A stretch of DNA of 64,000 nt from Candidatus Krumholzibacteriia bacterium. GTDB taxonomy: Bacteria > Krumholzibacteriota > Krumholzibacteriia > LZORAL124-64-63. The notes below the pieces were generated by a model. It was not told the origin of the DNA, searched no databases, and saw only the letters and a list, made by a program, of their open reading frames with translations. Position 1 is the stretch's first letter; every line of letters begins with the position of its first letter. Position numbers and translations under genes: made by a program. This document shows positions 19,201 through 28,283 of the stretch, piece after piece. The stretch spans positions 1-64,000 of the forward strand of contig JAWOID010000104.1 of NCBI GenBank assembly GCA_046484865.1, written 5' to 3'.

Positions 19201-19371
19201 GCTCGGGCTGGCTCCGCGGTAGAACGTGTTCACCGACACGATGGGCCGTTCCACGTCGGGATACTCGCGCACGGGCAGGCGGGTGAAGCTGATGACGCCG
19301 AGCAGGACCAGCGCCATGCTCATCACCGCCGCCAGCACCGGTCGCTTGATGGCTGTCTCGCTCAGCTTCAC
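16246..19371 (-). CDS. RND efflux permease (AcrB/AcrD/AcrF family)
   Basis: Starts VKLSETAIKRPV; contains GLVVDDAIVVLEN, KNSILIVEF and RLRPILMT; about 1040 aa. Confidence 0.93.
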   Translation of the reverse strand: MKLSETAIKRPVLAAVMSMALVLLGVISFTRLPVREYPDVERPIVSVNTFYRGASPSVVETEITDILEEQFATIEGVRTITSSSREQGSGITVEFELSRDVDAAANDVRDRVARVRGRLPREAEDPIVAKVDVNAQPVMWLAFSSERHSTLELSDVADRIIKERLQRLPGVGSVFIGGERRYAMRVWLDPQRMAAHGLTTQDVEQAIRQENAEIPAGRVEGVEREFAVRTRGELQQPEEFADVVVAQRGADIVRLRDVASVEIGPEDERTVTRFNGLPAVGLGVVKQKQASTIAVAQEVRRVVPELQAAVPPGMTLHIAYDSAVFIEESIGEVAQTLLIATGLVVLVVLLFLKSVRATVIPIIAIPIAIIGAYTVAFALGFTVNIITLLALVLAIGLVVDDAIVVLENCFRHLEMRKPRLLAARDGTAEIAFAVIATTISLVAVFVPVAFLTGTVGRLFREFGIMLAASVVISSFVALTLTPTLCSLILRRHDETRSQKWTDRSFNAFFRGLDRAYGGTLDLALRRRALVVGLMVLLVAGGVWMYGELPRELVPTEDRGVGFGIVTAPEGATLEYTDRYQREIEDILLALPEHRGLFSAVGLGFGGPGRVTNGFMFLNLVPRDERERSQQEIVASLFPRLMAVPGVLAFVVNPPSLGGRFSTTPINYVLQAETYDELSGAVQIFMSEASKLGYLLNLDTDLRLNKPQLDIAIDRDRAAELGVTVTDIGTTLETFLGGRVVGDFKRGTKQYDVIAQLRPSSRATPDVIRQIYLRSASGELVQLANLVRVEETVAPKELNHYNRVRAATVTANLAPGVDLGSALDDLDRIAATALPAGIRRDLSGQSLEYRESTGSLAFMFILAVVFIYLVLAAQFESFVHPLVILLSVPLAVVGAVASLTLFGQSMNIYSQIGLVMLIGLVTKNSILIVEFANQLRARGRDVTAAVQEAARIRLRPILMTSLSTVFGILPIAVGAGAGAESRRPLGVAIVGGILFATFLTLVLVPVVYSLLARFTAARRVREIEPADDPQTQSAPPAEARRT

Positions 19372-20618
19372 GCTCCGGCCTCCCCGGCCGCGCTCGCCGT
19401 GCGGTCCGCGGCGCCCTGTACCGGCGGTGCGGCCGGCGCCTCCTCGCGTCCGGTGTCCGGCGGTGCCGTCGGCGCCTCCTCGCGCCCGGACTCCGGCGGC
19501 CCGCCCGGCGCGGTCGGCGGTGATCCGGTCATCGCGCGGCTGTCCACCGGCACCACGCGGGCCCCGGGAAAGAGCTTCTGGTGGCCGGTGCGCACCACCC
19601 GCACGCCGGCCTCGAGCCCGGACAGCACCTCCACCGTGCCCGGCTGGCGCAGCCCGAGAGTGACCGGCTGCGGCGCCACCGTGCTGTCGGGCTGGACCAC
19701 GTACACGAGCGTCTGCCCGGTCTGCATGAAGACCGCCTCGGACGGCACCGTCAGAGCCTGCGATCGGGATCCGAGCACCACCGCCACGTCCGCGGACATG
19801 CCGGGTCGCAGCAGGCGTTCGAGATTCGGAACACGAGCCACGACGCGCGCGCTGCGGGTGGCGGGATCGAGCACCGGTTCCACCACGTCGATGGTGCCGT
19901 CGAGCACCAGGTCGGGATACGCGGTGGTGGCGACGTTCACCGGTGCGCCCACCCGCAGGCGGGACACGATACGCTCGGGCACGGTGAAGTTCACCCGCAG
20001 CTCGTCGACGGCGGCCAGGTCGGTCACCGGGGTGCCCGCGCGAATGAAGGCCCCCGGGCTCACCCGCCGCGCCCCCGTGAGGCCCGGGAACGGAGCGGTC
20101 ACCCGCGTCTTGGCCAGCCGGGCACGGGCCAGCGAGAGTTCCGCGTCGGCGACCTTGAGGGCGGCGGCGGCATCGTCGAGATCCTGCGGGGCGCCCGCGC
20201 CCTGCTCCACCACCCGGAGCACGCGCTCGTGGGTGGAGCGTCGCTGGTCGCGCACCGCCTCGGCACGGGCCACCTGGGCGCGCAGCTCGGCGTCGTCGAG
20301 GCGCAGGATCAGGTCGCCCGCGGCCACCGGCTGTCCCTCGCGGAAGGGCAGTTCCGCCACGATGCCGTCGATCTCCGCCACCACCGTGATGGCGTCGTCG
20401 GCCGCCAGCGAGCCGACCGCGGTGAAGCGGTCGACCACCTCGCCGGATTCGACGAGGGCCGTCTCCACGACCATCGGCGGCGGCGAGAAACCGCCGCCGG
20501 CAGCTTGCTCGCGGTCGCAACCGGCGGCGGCGGCGACGAGGACCGCGGCTGCTGCCGCCGCCGCCGCGCGGCTCAGGCGGCGGTCACCGCCGGCGTGTTC
20601 GGGAGAGCGAGTGTTCAC
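19368..20618 (-). CDS. RND periplasmic adaptor (membrane fusion protein), probable lipoprotein
   Basis: AAGC lipobox-like site, lipoyl-like EGQPVAAGD, APFPG, LLRPGMSA; lies between the TolC-like and RND genes. Confidence 0.9.
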   Translation of the reverse strand: MNTRSPEHAGGDRRLSRAAAAAAAAVLVAAAAGCDREQAAGGGFSPPPMVVETALVESGEVVDRFTAVGSLAADDAITVVAEIDGIVAELPFREGQPVAAGDLILRLDDAELRAQVARAEAVRDQRRSTHERVLRVVEQGAGAPQDLDDAAAALKVADAELSLARARLAKTRVTAPFPGLTGARRVSPGAFIRAGTPVTDLAAVDELRVNFTVPERIVSRLRVGAPVNVATTAYPDLVLDGTIDVVEPVLDPATRSARVVARVPNLERLLRPGMSADVAVVLGSRSQALTVPSEAVFMQTGQTLVYVVQPDSTVAPQPVTLGLRQPGTVEVLSGLEAGVRVVRTGHQKLFPGARVVPVDSRAMTGSPPTAPGGPPESGREEAPTAPPDTGREEAPAAPPVQGAADRTASAAGEAGA

Positions 20619-22351
20619 GGGGCGCCTTCCTCCGGGACGGATGAGTGATCGCCTGGCCCCGGGCTCGCGGGAGCCTGCGGTTCGGCTGGATGGGCGCCGC
20701 CGGTGAGGCGGCGCAACTCGGCGGCAGCGGCCGCGGTGCGCACCAGGGCGGCCGAATAGCGACGCTGGGCGTCGGCGAGGTCGGCCGCCAGCCGCACCAG
20801 TTCGAAGGCGGTGGTGCGACCGCTCTTGAACTGCAAGATGCCGGCGCGCACCTGTTCCAGCGATGCATCCACGCCCTCCGAGGCGAATTCCAGGCGTGCG
20901 GCGCCGCGCTCCAGCTCGCGCGCCCGCGCGCGGACCTGCGAGTCGAGCGCCCGCCGCACCGCCTCGAGCTGCTGCTCGGCCAGCGTCACCTGCGCGCGCA
21001 GCCGGTCACGATCGCCGCGGTCGACGCTGGCGCCGATGGGAACGCTGAACAGCAGGCCCACGCTCCAGGCCGGAAAGTCGCGCGAGACGACCTGATCGAA
21101 GCTGTCGCCGAAGCCGGTGTCCAGCGGGTTGCGGAGCGTGTCCGGCGGGCCCTCGCCGAAGCCGATGACCACCTCCCGGCCGGTGCCGGCCAGGCCGCGC
21201 CCGCCGAGAGTGCCGAAGAGGTCGAGCTGCGGCAGCGCGTCCCAGCGGGCGCCACGCAGGCGCGTACGCGCAGCCGCCAGCGACTGCTCGGCCGCGCTGG
21301 CCTGCGGGCTGCGGGCGAGCGCCGCCCGCACGAGCGACTCCTGGTCGATCGCGGCATCGATCGGCGGCGGCGTCGACAGCGGCCGGTAGCGCCACGCCGA
21401 CCCCGCGGGCCGGCGGCCCATCAGCACCGCCAGGCGATCCGAGAGCACATCCAGATTCTCCTCCAGGTCGAGCGCCGCCTGCGCCTGCTCCGCGAGGAAC
21501 ACGCGGGCGCTGGCCACGTCGGCGGGTCCGATCAGACCCGCGTCGGCCCTCAGCTGCGCCTCGCGCAGGAAGGCCTCGGCCTGCTCGCGGATCAGTGTCT
21601 GCACGGCCAGGTCGCGCTCGGCCGCGTACAGGGCCCAGTAGGTGGTCTCGACATCGGCCCGCGTGGTCAGCCGCACGTCCGTGTACAGCGACTCCGCCTC
21701 GTCGCGCAGGCGCTCGGCGGCTCCCAGCTGGCTGCGGGCGGCCGGCCCGAAGCCCCTGAGCAGCGGCTGCACGAGCGCGAGTTGCCCGAAGCTGTCCCAC
21801 TGCGGCGAGAGCGTGGCGAAGGACGAGTTGGTGGTCAGCCGTACGGTGTTCAGCGACGCCGAGAGCTCCGTACCGAGGGGCAGCCGCATGCGCGCGCCCG
21901 CCTCGGCCCGGGTCCGCTCGATCTCGAGGACGTCGGCGCCGGCGAAGAACGACGCGGTGGGCTGACGCTCCTCGGCGTATTCTCCCTCCCCGAACAACTC
22001 GGGTGCGAACACGCCGCGCTCCCGGCGCACGCTCGCCTCGGCCGCCTGGAGCCGGGCCTGCGCCGCCTGGACGGCGGTGTCGCTCACCAGCGCCAGGGCC
22101 AGGGCATCCTCGAGCGCCAGGGGCTCGCCGGGTAGCCGCGCCAGCACCATGGCCAGGGCGCTGTCGGGCGCCGTGGCGAGGGGGCCGGAAGCGTCGGCCC
22201 GGTCCGCAGTGGCGGACGGCCGCGCCGGACTCTCGTCCTGCGCCATCGCCACGGCGGCGCTTCCGGGCAGCGCTGCGGCGACCAGTGCGGCTGCAAACCG
22301 CAGCAGGGTGCGAGCGCCGTGTCCGCGGCGGACCCTGGTTGCCGATCTCAT
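20615..22351 (-). CDS. TolC-family outer membrane efflux protein
   Basis: Signal peptide, two OEP-like repeats (QPLLRGFG; LPQLDL; FKSGRTTAFELV) and operon context. Confidence 0.85.
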   Translation of the reverse strand: MRSATRVRRGHGARTLLRFAAALVAAALPGSAAVAMAQDESPARPSATADRADASGPLATAPDSALAMVLARLPGEPLALEDALALALVSDTAVQAAQARLQAAEASVRRERGVFAPELFGEGEYAEERQPTASFFAGADVLEIERTRAEAGARMRLPLGTELSASLNTVRLTTNSSFATLSPQWDSFGQLALVQPLLRGFGPAARSQLGAAERLRDEAESLYTDVRLTTRADVETTYWALYAAERDLAVQTLIREQAEAFLREAQLRADAGLIGPADVASARVFLAEQAQAALDLEENLDVLSDRLAVLMGRRPAGSAWRYRPLSTPPPIDAAIDQESLVRAALARSPQASAAEQSLAAARTRLRGARWDALPQLDLFGTLGGRGLAGTGREVVIGFGEGPPDTLRNPLDTGFGDSFDQVVSRDFPAWSVGLLFSVPIGASVDRGDRDRLRAQVTLAEQQLEAVRRALDSQVRARARELERGAARLEFASEGVDASLEQVRAGILQFKSGRTTAFELVRLAADLADAQRRYSAALVRTAAAAAELRRLTGGAHPAEPQAPASPGPGDHSSVPEEGAP

Positions 22352-22560
22352 CTGCCGGACTCCCGTCTGCCGGGGTGGAATCGCGGTCGGCGGCGTGACG
22401 AAGGCCTCCGCGCAGGGCGTGCATGATAGCGCCGGAACGGGACATACGGCCAGAACCGGTTCCCGGTTCCCTGAACGAGGACATCCATCGCGGGATGCCG
22501 GGACGGCGCGGCGCCGCGGTCCCCGGCTCGTTCCGCCGGCGTCGTCTCGTCGCCTCGGCC

Positions 22561-23448
22561 TCACTCGTCCGGCCGGCCGCCGCTGGTGACGAGGCGGTCG
22601 AGCTTGTCCACCACGCGCTCCTCGACATCGTCCCAGAAGAGCTGCAGGTGAGGGAAGGGAATCTGGATGCCCGCCTCGTCCAGCGCCAGCTTGCAGGCCT
22701 CGACCACCGCGAACCGGGTGCCCCGTTCGAGGACGGCGTCGTCGATCCACACCCGCACCTGGAGATCCACGCTGGAGTTGCCGAGAGCGTCCACGACCAC
22801 CGACGGCGCCGGATCGGACCGCAGGTGGGGAAGGGTGCCGACGGCGGCGAGGATCACCGTCCGCGCCTGGCGGATGTCCTCCTTGTAGGCGATGCCCACC
22901 GGCACGTCGATGCGCAGCTCGCCGTGCTTGCTGTTGTTCTCCAGGACCGCGTCGATGATCGACTTGTTCGGGATCACCACGTAGGTGTTGCGCGGCGTCC
23001 GGATCCGGGTGGAGCGCAGGGTGATGTTCTGCACCATCCCGTACGCCCCTTCCACCCTCACCCAGTCGCCGACCACGAACGGCTTGTCCCAGAAGATGAG
23101 GATGCCGGCGATGAGATTGGCGAGCGAATCCTGCGCCGCGAAGCCGACGGCGATGCCGGCGACGCCCAGTCCGGTCAGCGCGGCGGCCACGTTGATGCCG
23201 AGCTGCGACGCCGCCATGACCAGCCCGATCGCCAGCAGGCTGTAGCGGTAGATGCTTGCGATCAGCAGGGACACCAGCTTCTCGTGCAGGCCGGCGCGAC
23301 GCAGCGCGGCGAACAGGGGACGGCGGCTCAGCCGGTACAGCATCCAGAAGGCGATCAGCACCAGCAAAGCGGCCATGAGGCTGGGCAGGAACGTCACCGT
23401 GTCGGTCACCAGGCGTTCCACGTCGAGCTTGTCCAGGAACGGGTCCAT
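22561..23448 (-). CDS. mscS: Small-conductance mechanosensitive channel
   Basis: GIAVGFAAQDSLANLIAG, KPFVVGDWV, ITLRSTRI, IPN, GIQIPFP. Confidence 0.88.
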   Translation of the reverse strand: MDPFLDKLDVERLVTDTVTFLPSLMAALLVLIAFWMLYRLSRRPLFAALRRAGLHEKLVSLLIASIYRYSLLAIGLVMAASQLGINVAAALTGLGVAGIAVGFAAQDSLANLIAGILIFWDKPFVVGDWVRVEGAYGMVQNITLRSTRIRTPRNTYVVIPNKSIIDAVLENNSKHGELRIDVPVGIAYKEDIRQARTVILAAVGTLPHLRSDPAPSVVVDALGNSSVDLQVRVWIDDAVLERGTRFAVVEACKLALDEAGIQIPFPHLQLFWDDVEERVVDKLDRLVTSGGRPDE

Positions 23449-23655
23449 TTCGTCTCCCTTCCACCGGGTTGACGGTTCGCCGACTCGTCGTGCAGACGGT
23501 CGCTCCGGCGGCCCTTCGCGGCAACCCCGGAGTCGTCCGGCGCCGGCGACGGGCCGCGCCGGCGGAGAGCCGCCGCTGCGCCCGCCGGGTGTTCTTGACA
23601 GCGGAAATCCAGGACGTGTTATTGGCGCCAGTCTTCACAACCCCGAGGAGGGATC

Positions 23656-24945
23656 ATGAGCGCCGCTTCAGGCTTCAACCCGTTCGCCATGGCGCAGGCT
23701 CAGTTCGACAAGATTGCCGACCTGATCGGCCTGGACGAGGGCACCCGCCAGCTCCTGCGGTACCCCCTGCGCGAGTACCACTTCGCCATCCCCGTCCGCA
23801 TGGACGACGGCAACGTCCAGGTGTTCCGGGGCTTCCGCGTGCAGCACAACGACGCCCGCGGGCCCTGCAAGGGCGGGATCCGCTTCCATCCGCAGGAGAC
23901 GGCCGACACCGTGCGCGCCCTCTCCATGTGGATGACCTGGAAGTGCGCGGTCGCCGAGCTGCCGCTGGGCGGCGGCAAGGGCGGGGTCATCTGCGACCCC
24001 CACAACCTCTCCGCGCGCGAGCAGGAGGCCATCTGCCGCGGCTGGATACGCCAGGTGGCGCGGGACGTCGGACCGGTGCGGGACGTGCCCGCCCCCGACG
24101 TGATGACCAACAGCCAGCACATGCTCTGGATGCTCGACGAGTACGAGGCCATCCACGGCGGGCACTATCCGGGCCTGATCACCGGCAAACCGGTCGGTCT
24201 GGGCGGGTCGCTGGGGCGCACCCAGGCCACCGGCTATGGCGTGATCTACTGCTTGCGCGAGGCGCTGGCGGAGAAGGGCGTGGCCCTGGCCGGCACCACC
24301 GCGAGCGTGCAGGGCTTCGGCAACGTCTCGCAGTACGCCATCGAACTCTACGAGGAACTGGGCGGGTCGGTGGCCTGCGTCTCCAGCTGGGACCAGGCCG
24401 AGCAGACCAGCTACAGCTTCAGCCGGGCCGGCGGGGTGGACCTGGGCGAACTGCGCGGGATCACGGATCGGTTCGGCGGCATCGACAAGGCGCGGGCCCG
24501 CGACCTGGACTACGAGGTGCTCCCCGGCGACGCCTGGCTGGAACAGCCGGTGGACATCCTCATTCCGGCGGCCCTGGAGAACCAGATCACCGGTGACAAC
24601 GCGAACAGCATCCACGAGCGGGTGAAGTTCGTCGTCGAGGGCGCCAACGGGCCCACCACGCCGGATGCGGACCAGGTTCTGGAGCAGCGCGGGATCTTCG
24701 TGGTCCCCGACTTCCTGGCCAACGCCGGCGGGGTGACCTGCAGCTACTTCGAGCAGGTGCAGAGCAACATGAACTGGTACTGGACGCAGGAGGAGGTGCT
24801 CGCCCGCCTCGACGAGAAGATGACGCGGGCCTACCACGCCGTGAGCGGCCTCGCGAACAAGCAGGACCTCTTCATGCGCGACGCGGCCTACGTGCTCGCC
24901 ATCAACCGCGTGGCGACGGCCTGCCGCGATCGCGGCTGGGCGTAG
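23656..24945 (+). CDS. gdhA: Glutamate dehydrogenase (Glu/Leu/Phe/Val family)
   Basis: GPCKGGIRFHP, MTWK, GGGKGG, DVPAPD, QGFGNV, EGANGP, NAGGVTCSYFE. Confidence 0.9.
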   Translation: MSAASGFNPFAMAQAQFDKIADLIGLDEGTRQLLRYPLREYHFAIPVRMDDGNVQVFRGFRVQHNDARGPCKGGIRFHPQETADTVRALSMWMTWKCAVAELPLGGGKGGVICDPHNLSAREQEAICRGWIRQVARDVGPVRDVPAPDVMTNSQHMLWMLDEYEAIHGGHYPGLITGKPVGLGGSLGRTQATGYGVIYCLREALAEKGVALAGTTASVQGFGNVSQYAIELYEELGGSVACVSSWDQAEQTSYSFSRAGGVDLGELRGITDRFGGIDKARARDLDYEVLPGDAWLEQPVDILIPAALENQITGDNANSIHERVKFVVEGANGPTTPDADQVLEQRGIFVVPDFLANAGGVTCSYFEQVQSNMNWYWTQEEVLARLDEKMTRAYHAVSGLANKQDLFMRDAAYVLAINRVATACRDRGWA

Positions 24946-24948
24946 AAA

Positions 24949-24970
24949 CGTCCCCGGCCGGCCGGGGACG
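24949..24970. terminator. Palindromic hairpin between convergent genes
   Basis: CGTCCCCGGCCGGCCGGGGACG is a perfect inverted repeat just after the gdh stop. Confidence 0.5.
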
Positions 24971-25098
24971 GTTCCCGGATCGGTCGGAAGCGGTGGCGCC
25001 CGGCGGCGGACCGCCGGAGCGAGCGAGATCGAGCAGGGCGGCGGCGCGGACACCACGCGCCGCCGCCTTTCCGGTTCCGGCCACGCCGGTCCGCACCG

Positions 25099-27507
25099 TC
25101 AGCGCGGCTCGGCCAGGTAGCCCAGCGCCACCTGCCGCTCGTCGTCCATGGCCACGTGCAGCAGCAGTCCACCCGACGCCTGGGAAACGTCGATCAGGCG
25201 GACGGTGGCCGCCTGGGCCGCGAACTCGGGCAGCAGTTCCGCCAGCCGGTTCGGGCTGCCGTGCAGGAAGCTCTCGTTGAAGACGACGTCCGGCTCGTCG
25301 GGGTAGAGGGCGAGGTACTGGATGTCCGACTCCACCAGGTCCTGGAAGAAGTGACTGCCGTAGGAGACATCCGGCAGGTAGCCTTCCTGCCGGCGGGCGA
25401 TCTCCACCAGCAGCCGCGTGTTGTTCAGATCGGCGTAGCCCACCGGCACGCCCATGCGCGCGTCCTTGCTGCCCCACCGGCCCGGCCCCATCAGCGTGAA
25501 GCGCTCCCCCTCGAGGTGACGATTCAGGCGGGAGACCGCGCGGGCAACCTGTCGGCGCTGCTCCTGCGTCTCGAGCTGGTTGTAATCGCGAGGGTCCACC
25601 AGCACCACCCAGGCGAGATTGCGCACCTCCGCCGCCACGATGTCGCGTTGAGCGGAGAAGATCCGACGTTCCTCGGGCACCTTCTCTGGCAGGTGCACCT
25701 CGGCCTGGGGGCGGCGCACCGCCTGTGGCCGGCACTGCAGCAGGTATAACGCCTCGCCGTCGTGGGCGAACTCCATGTCCACCGGGCAGCCGTAGGCGCG
25801 CTCGATGGTCTTCAGGATCCAGCGGATCCGCTCGGCGTAGCGCTTCTTCTGGGCGAAGCCGTCGAACGTCACCACCAGATCCTCGGCCTGGCCCAGGACG
25901 CCGTCGCCCATGAGCGGACGCAGGAAGCCGTGCTCCAGGGTGGAGAAGACGCGACTCGCCCCCGGGACCGGCCCGCGGGCGTGACGCATGACCTCGGTGA
26001 CGGACACCGTCTCGAACCTGTTCTGCTCCACGTTGATCACGTCGCAGCGCTGCTGGCTCGTACCCACGATATCGCGGGTCTTCACCTCCGGGCGCAGGTT
26101 CGGCAGGCCCAGGGGGATCATGCGGGCGAAGTCGCTGGCCGTGCGGTCCACCGCGCGGGTGCCCAGACCGAAGACGATCCGCGCCAGCCCATCCTCCGGC
26201 CGGATGCGCGGGTTGCGCCGGTATGGATTCCAGCTGAAGCCCACGCCCGCGTACACCGGCAGGAAGTACGGTCCGATGCGCCGGCCCACGATCTTCTGGA
26301 TCAGCACCCCCATGTTCTCGGTGAAGTCGATCAGGTTGTGCCGCTGGCGATAGCTGATGGGATCGGGCATCAGCGTGCTGGCGTAGACCTCGGCGATGGC
26401 ACCCAGGAGCTGCTCCATGCGCTCGTTAAGCGTGCCCTGGTTCGTCACGAAGATGCTGCGGTACTTGCCGGCGAACGCGGTGCCGAAGCGGTCCTCCAGC
26501 AGGCTGCTCGAACGCACGATCAGCGGATGGGTGCCGGTCTCGTGGAGCACCTGGCGCACGCGCTCGACGATCTCCGGCGGGAAGTCGGCGTTGCGGAACA
26601 GCGTGAGGATCATGCGCGACTCGCGCCGGACCTCGTCGATCGGCTTGTACTTCTGGTCGAGGAACTCCTGCAGGGCGTTGTAGCTGACGAACCGCTCCAT
26701 CACGTCCGATCGCATGTACCACGACTCGGGGGTGCGGATGCGCTCGCGGGGCGCCTGCGGGTCCGTGCGCGACTCGCGCTTGAGGATCTTGGCGCCGAGG
26801 ATCATCCCGCCCGCCTTGCCGCCGATCAGCCCTGCACCCTCGTCGGGACCGATGATGCGGTCGACGATGCGGTCGAAGTCGCGGATGCGCAGGTAGCGCT
26901 TGGCCACGCCCACGAACTCGAGCTGTTCGCTGATGAAGCGCTTGATCAGCGCCACCCGCACCGAGGTGGCCTCGTGCTCGGGCAGGCGAGTCTGGCCGCG
27001 GGGGATGGCGCAGAAGTCGTGCACCTTCTGGCGCAGCAATCCGAACGAGACGGTACTGAGATTGGCGATCTCCTCGAGGGTCTTGGCCTCGTCCCGCTTG
27101 CGGGTGATGTTCAGGACGTCGTCGATCTGCGCGGCCGTCAGGTGGCGCGACGCATACTCGATGGTCAGCTCCTGCACCCGGCGGCGCTGCTCCTCGTCGA
27201 ACCGGCTGGCCAGTGGGACGTTGTCGTCCATCACGTTGTCGCCGTTCTCGCTGGAACCCGGCGGCTGTCGCAGCTGCGATTCGTCCATCCCCTCGCCGGC
27301 CTGCCGCTGGATCTCCTCGAGCGAGACGATCCCCTCGCTGTGCATGGTGATCAGCAGCGAGCGCAGGAACCGGATGCGCAGGGTGGAGTGCTGCGCGAGC
27401 AGGCGCCGGATGTGCCGGCGCACCTGTTCGGGTTTCCAGGGCCGGGGAACCGGCGCTCCGGCGGGGGGAGACTCGGGAGCGGGACGATCGCGGGGGTCTG
27501 GTGTCAC
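25099..27507 (-). CDS. PEP/pyruvate-binding (PPDK_N, ATP-grasp) domain protein
   Basis: IGGKAGG, IVRSSSLLED, FAGKY, GLGTRAV, DMEFA, LLQCRP, GPGRWGS. No recognisable His-phosphocarrier (SHAAI-type) motif. Confidence 0.82.
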   Translation of the reverse strand: MTPDPRDRPAPESPPAGAPVPRPWKPEQVRRHIRRLLAQHSTLRIRFLRSLLITMHSEGIVSLEEIQRQAGEGMDESQLRQPPGSSENGDNVMDDNVPLASRFDEEQRRRVQELTIEYASRHLTAAQIDDVLNITRKRDEAKTLEEIANLSTVSFGLLRQKVHDFCAIPRGQTRLPEHEATSVRVALIKRFISEQLEFVGVAKRYLRIRDFDRIVDRIIGPDEGAGLIGGKAGGMILGAKILKRESRTDPQAPRERIRTPESWYMRSDVMERFVSYNALQEFLDQKYKPIDEVRRESRMILTLFRNADFPPEIVERVRQVLHETGTHPLIVRSSSLLEDRFGTAFAGKYRSIFVTNQGTLNERMEQLLGAIAEVYASTLMPDPISYRQRHNLIDFTENMGVLIQKIVGRRIGPYFLPVYAGVGFSWNPYRRNPRIRPEDGLARIVFGLGTRAVDRTASDFARMIPLGLPNLRPEVKTRDIVGTSQQRCDVINVEQNRFETVSVTEVMRHARGPVPGASRVFSTLEHGFLRPLMGDGVLGQAEDLVVTFDGFAQKKRYAERIRWILKTIERAYGCPVDMEFAHDGEALYLLQCRPQAVRRPQAEVHLPEKVPEERRIFSAQRDIVAAEVRNLAWVVLVDPRDYNQLETQEQRRQVARAVSRLNRHLEGERFTLMGPGRWGSKDARMGVPVGYADLNNTRLLVEIARRQEGYLPDVSYGSHFFQDLVESDIQYLALYPDEPDVVFNESFLHGSPNRLAELLPEFAAQAATVRLIDVSQASGGLLLHVAMDDERQVALGYLAEPR

Positions 27508-27777
27508 GGATTCTCCCGGGCTGCGCAGCGGTCGTCGGAGACTCGAGTTGTTCCCGGCGCCCCTGGCGCGGGGCGCCCCCCAATCATCGCCGGGCGATCC
27601 CCCTGTGGCAACCCCCGGCCGGCGCCCGCGTCCGGTGCCGCAGCGGCGAGTGGCGCCGGCACCGGCGCCGGCGCCGGCACAGGGCTGCAGATCGCGAGCA
27701 GACCGGGCTCGACCCGGAACCTCCGGTGCGTTATCATGTTCCAGAGAGAAGCGCCCGTCCCCGGGCGCCCCTCTGAC

Positions 27778-28133
27778 GGGGGCGACATGGCTTCGACGTG
27801 GTCGGGGGACCGGGAGCTGCATGCCGAGATTCCACGGATCTCGTTAAACGGTGGAAAAAACAATAAAAGACGAGAGCAACTACGCTCTGGCTGCCTAATT
27901 AGGCAGCCCGTCCTCGGATCGGGGGTGGCTTCGGCCTGATCCATGAGGGCGCCGTGTCCGGAGCCTAGCCGCGAGAGAGGTCCCTGGTCTCGCGGCGAAA
28001 CCAAAGTGGGACTGGTCCGCAGGTTGGCGTGTCGTCCGGCCTGCCCGTGGACGAGATCAACGGACGGCTAAGCATGTAGACGCTCGCGGAGTACCGGCTT
28101 CGGACGCGGGTTCGATTCCCGCCGCCTCCACCA
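27778..28133 (+). ncRNA. ssrA: tmRNA
   Basis: 5' GGGGGCGACATGGCTTCGAC and 3' T-arm GCGGGTTCGATTCCCGCCGCCTCCACCA. Internal tag frame 27869-27898 encodes (A)DESNYALAA*. Confidence 0.96.
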
Positions 28134-28139
28134 TCTCCA

Positions 28140-28174
28140 GCGCGCCCGCCCGGCTTCGACCGCGGCGGGCGCGC
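28140..28174 (+). terminator. GC-rich hairpin after tmRNA
   Basis: GCGCGCCCGCC...GGCGGGCGCGC inverted repeat. Confidence 0.45.
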
Positions 28175-28283
28175 TCGTCTCCAGAGGCGGACGGGGCTTC
28201 CAACCCTCTGTCGCGCTGCGGCGTCGATTTGATGTACGATCCGCCTGACAGCGCCCCGTCCGCATTCCCGGGAGCTCCTGCTC

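Noticed and set aside
28134..28283. Integrative element at the tmRNA 3' end
   Set aside because: No integrase and no duplicated tmRNA 3' end in the window.
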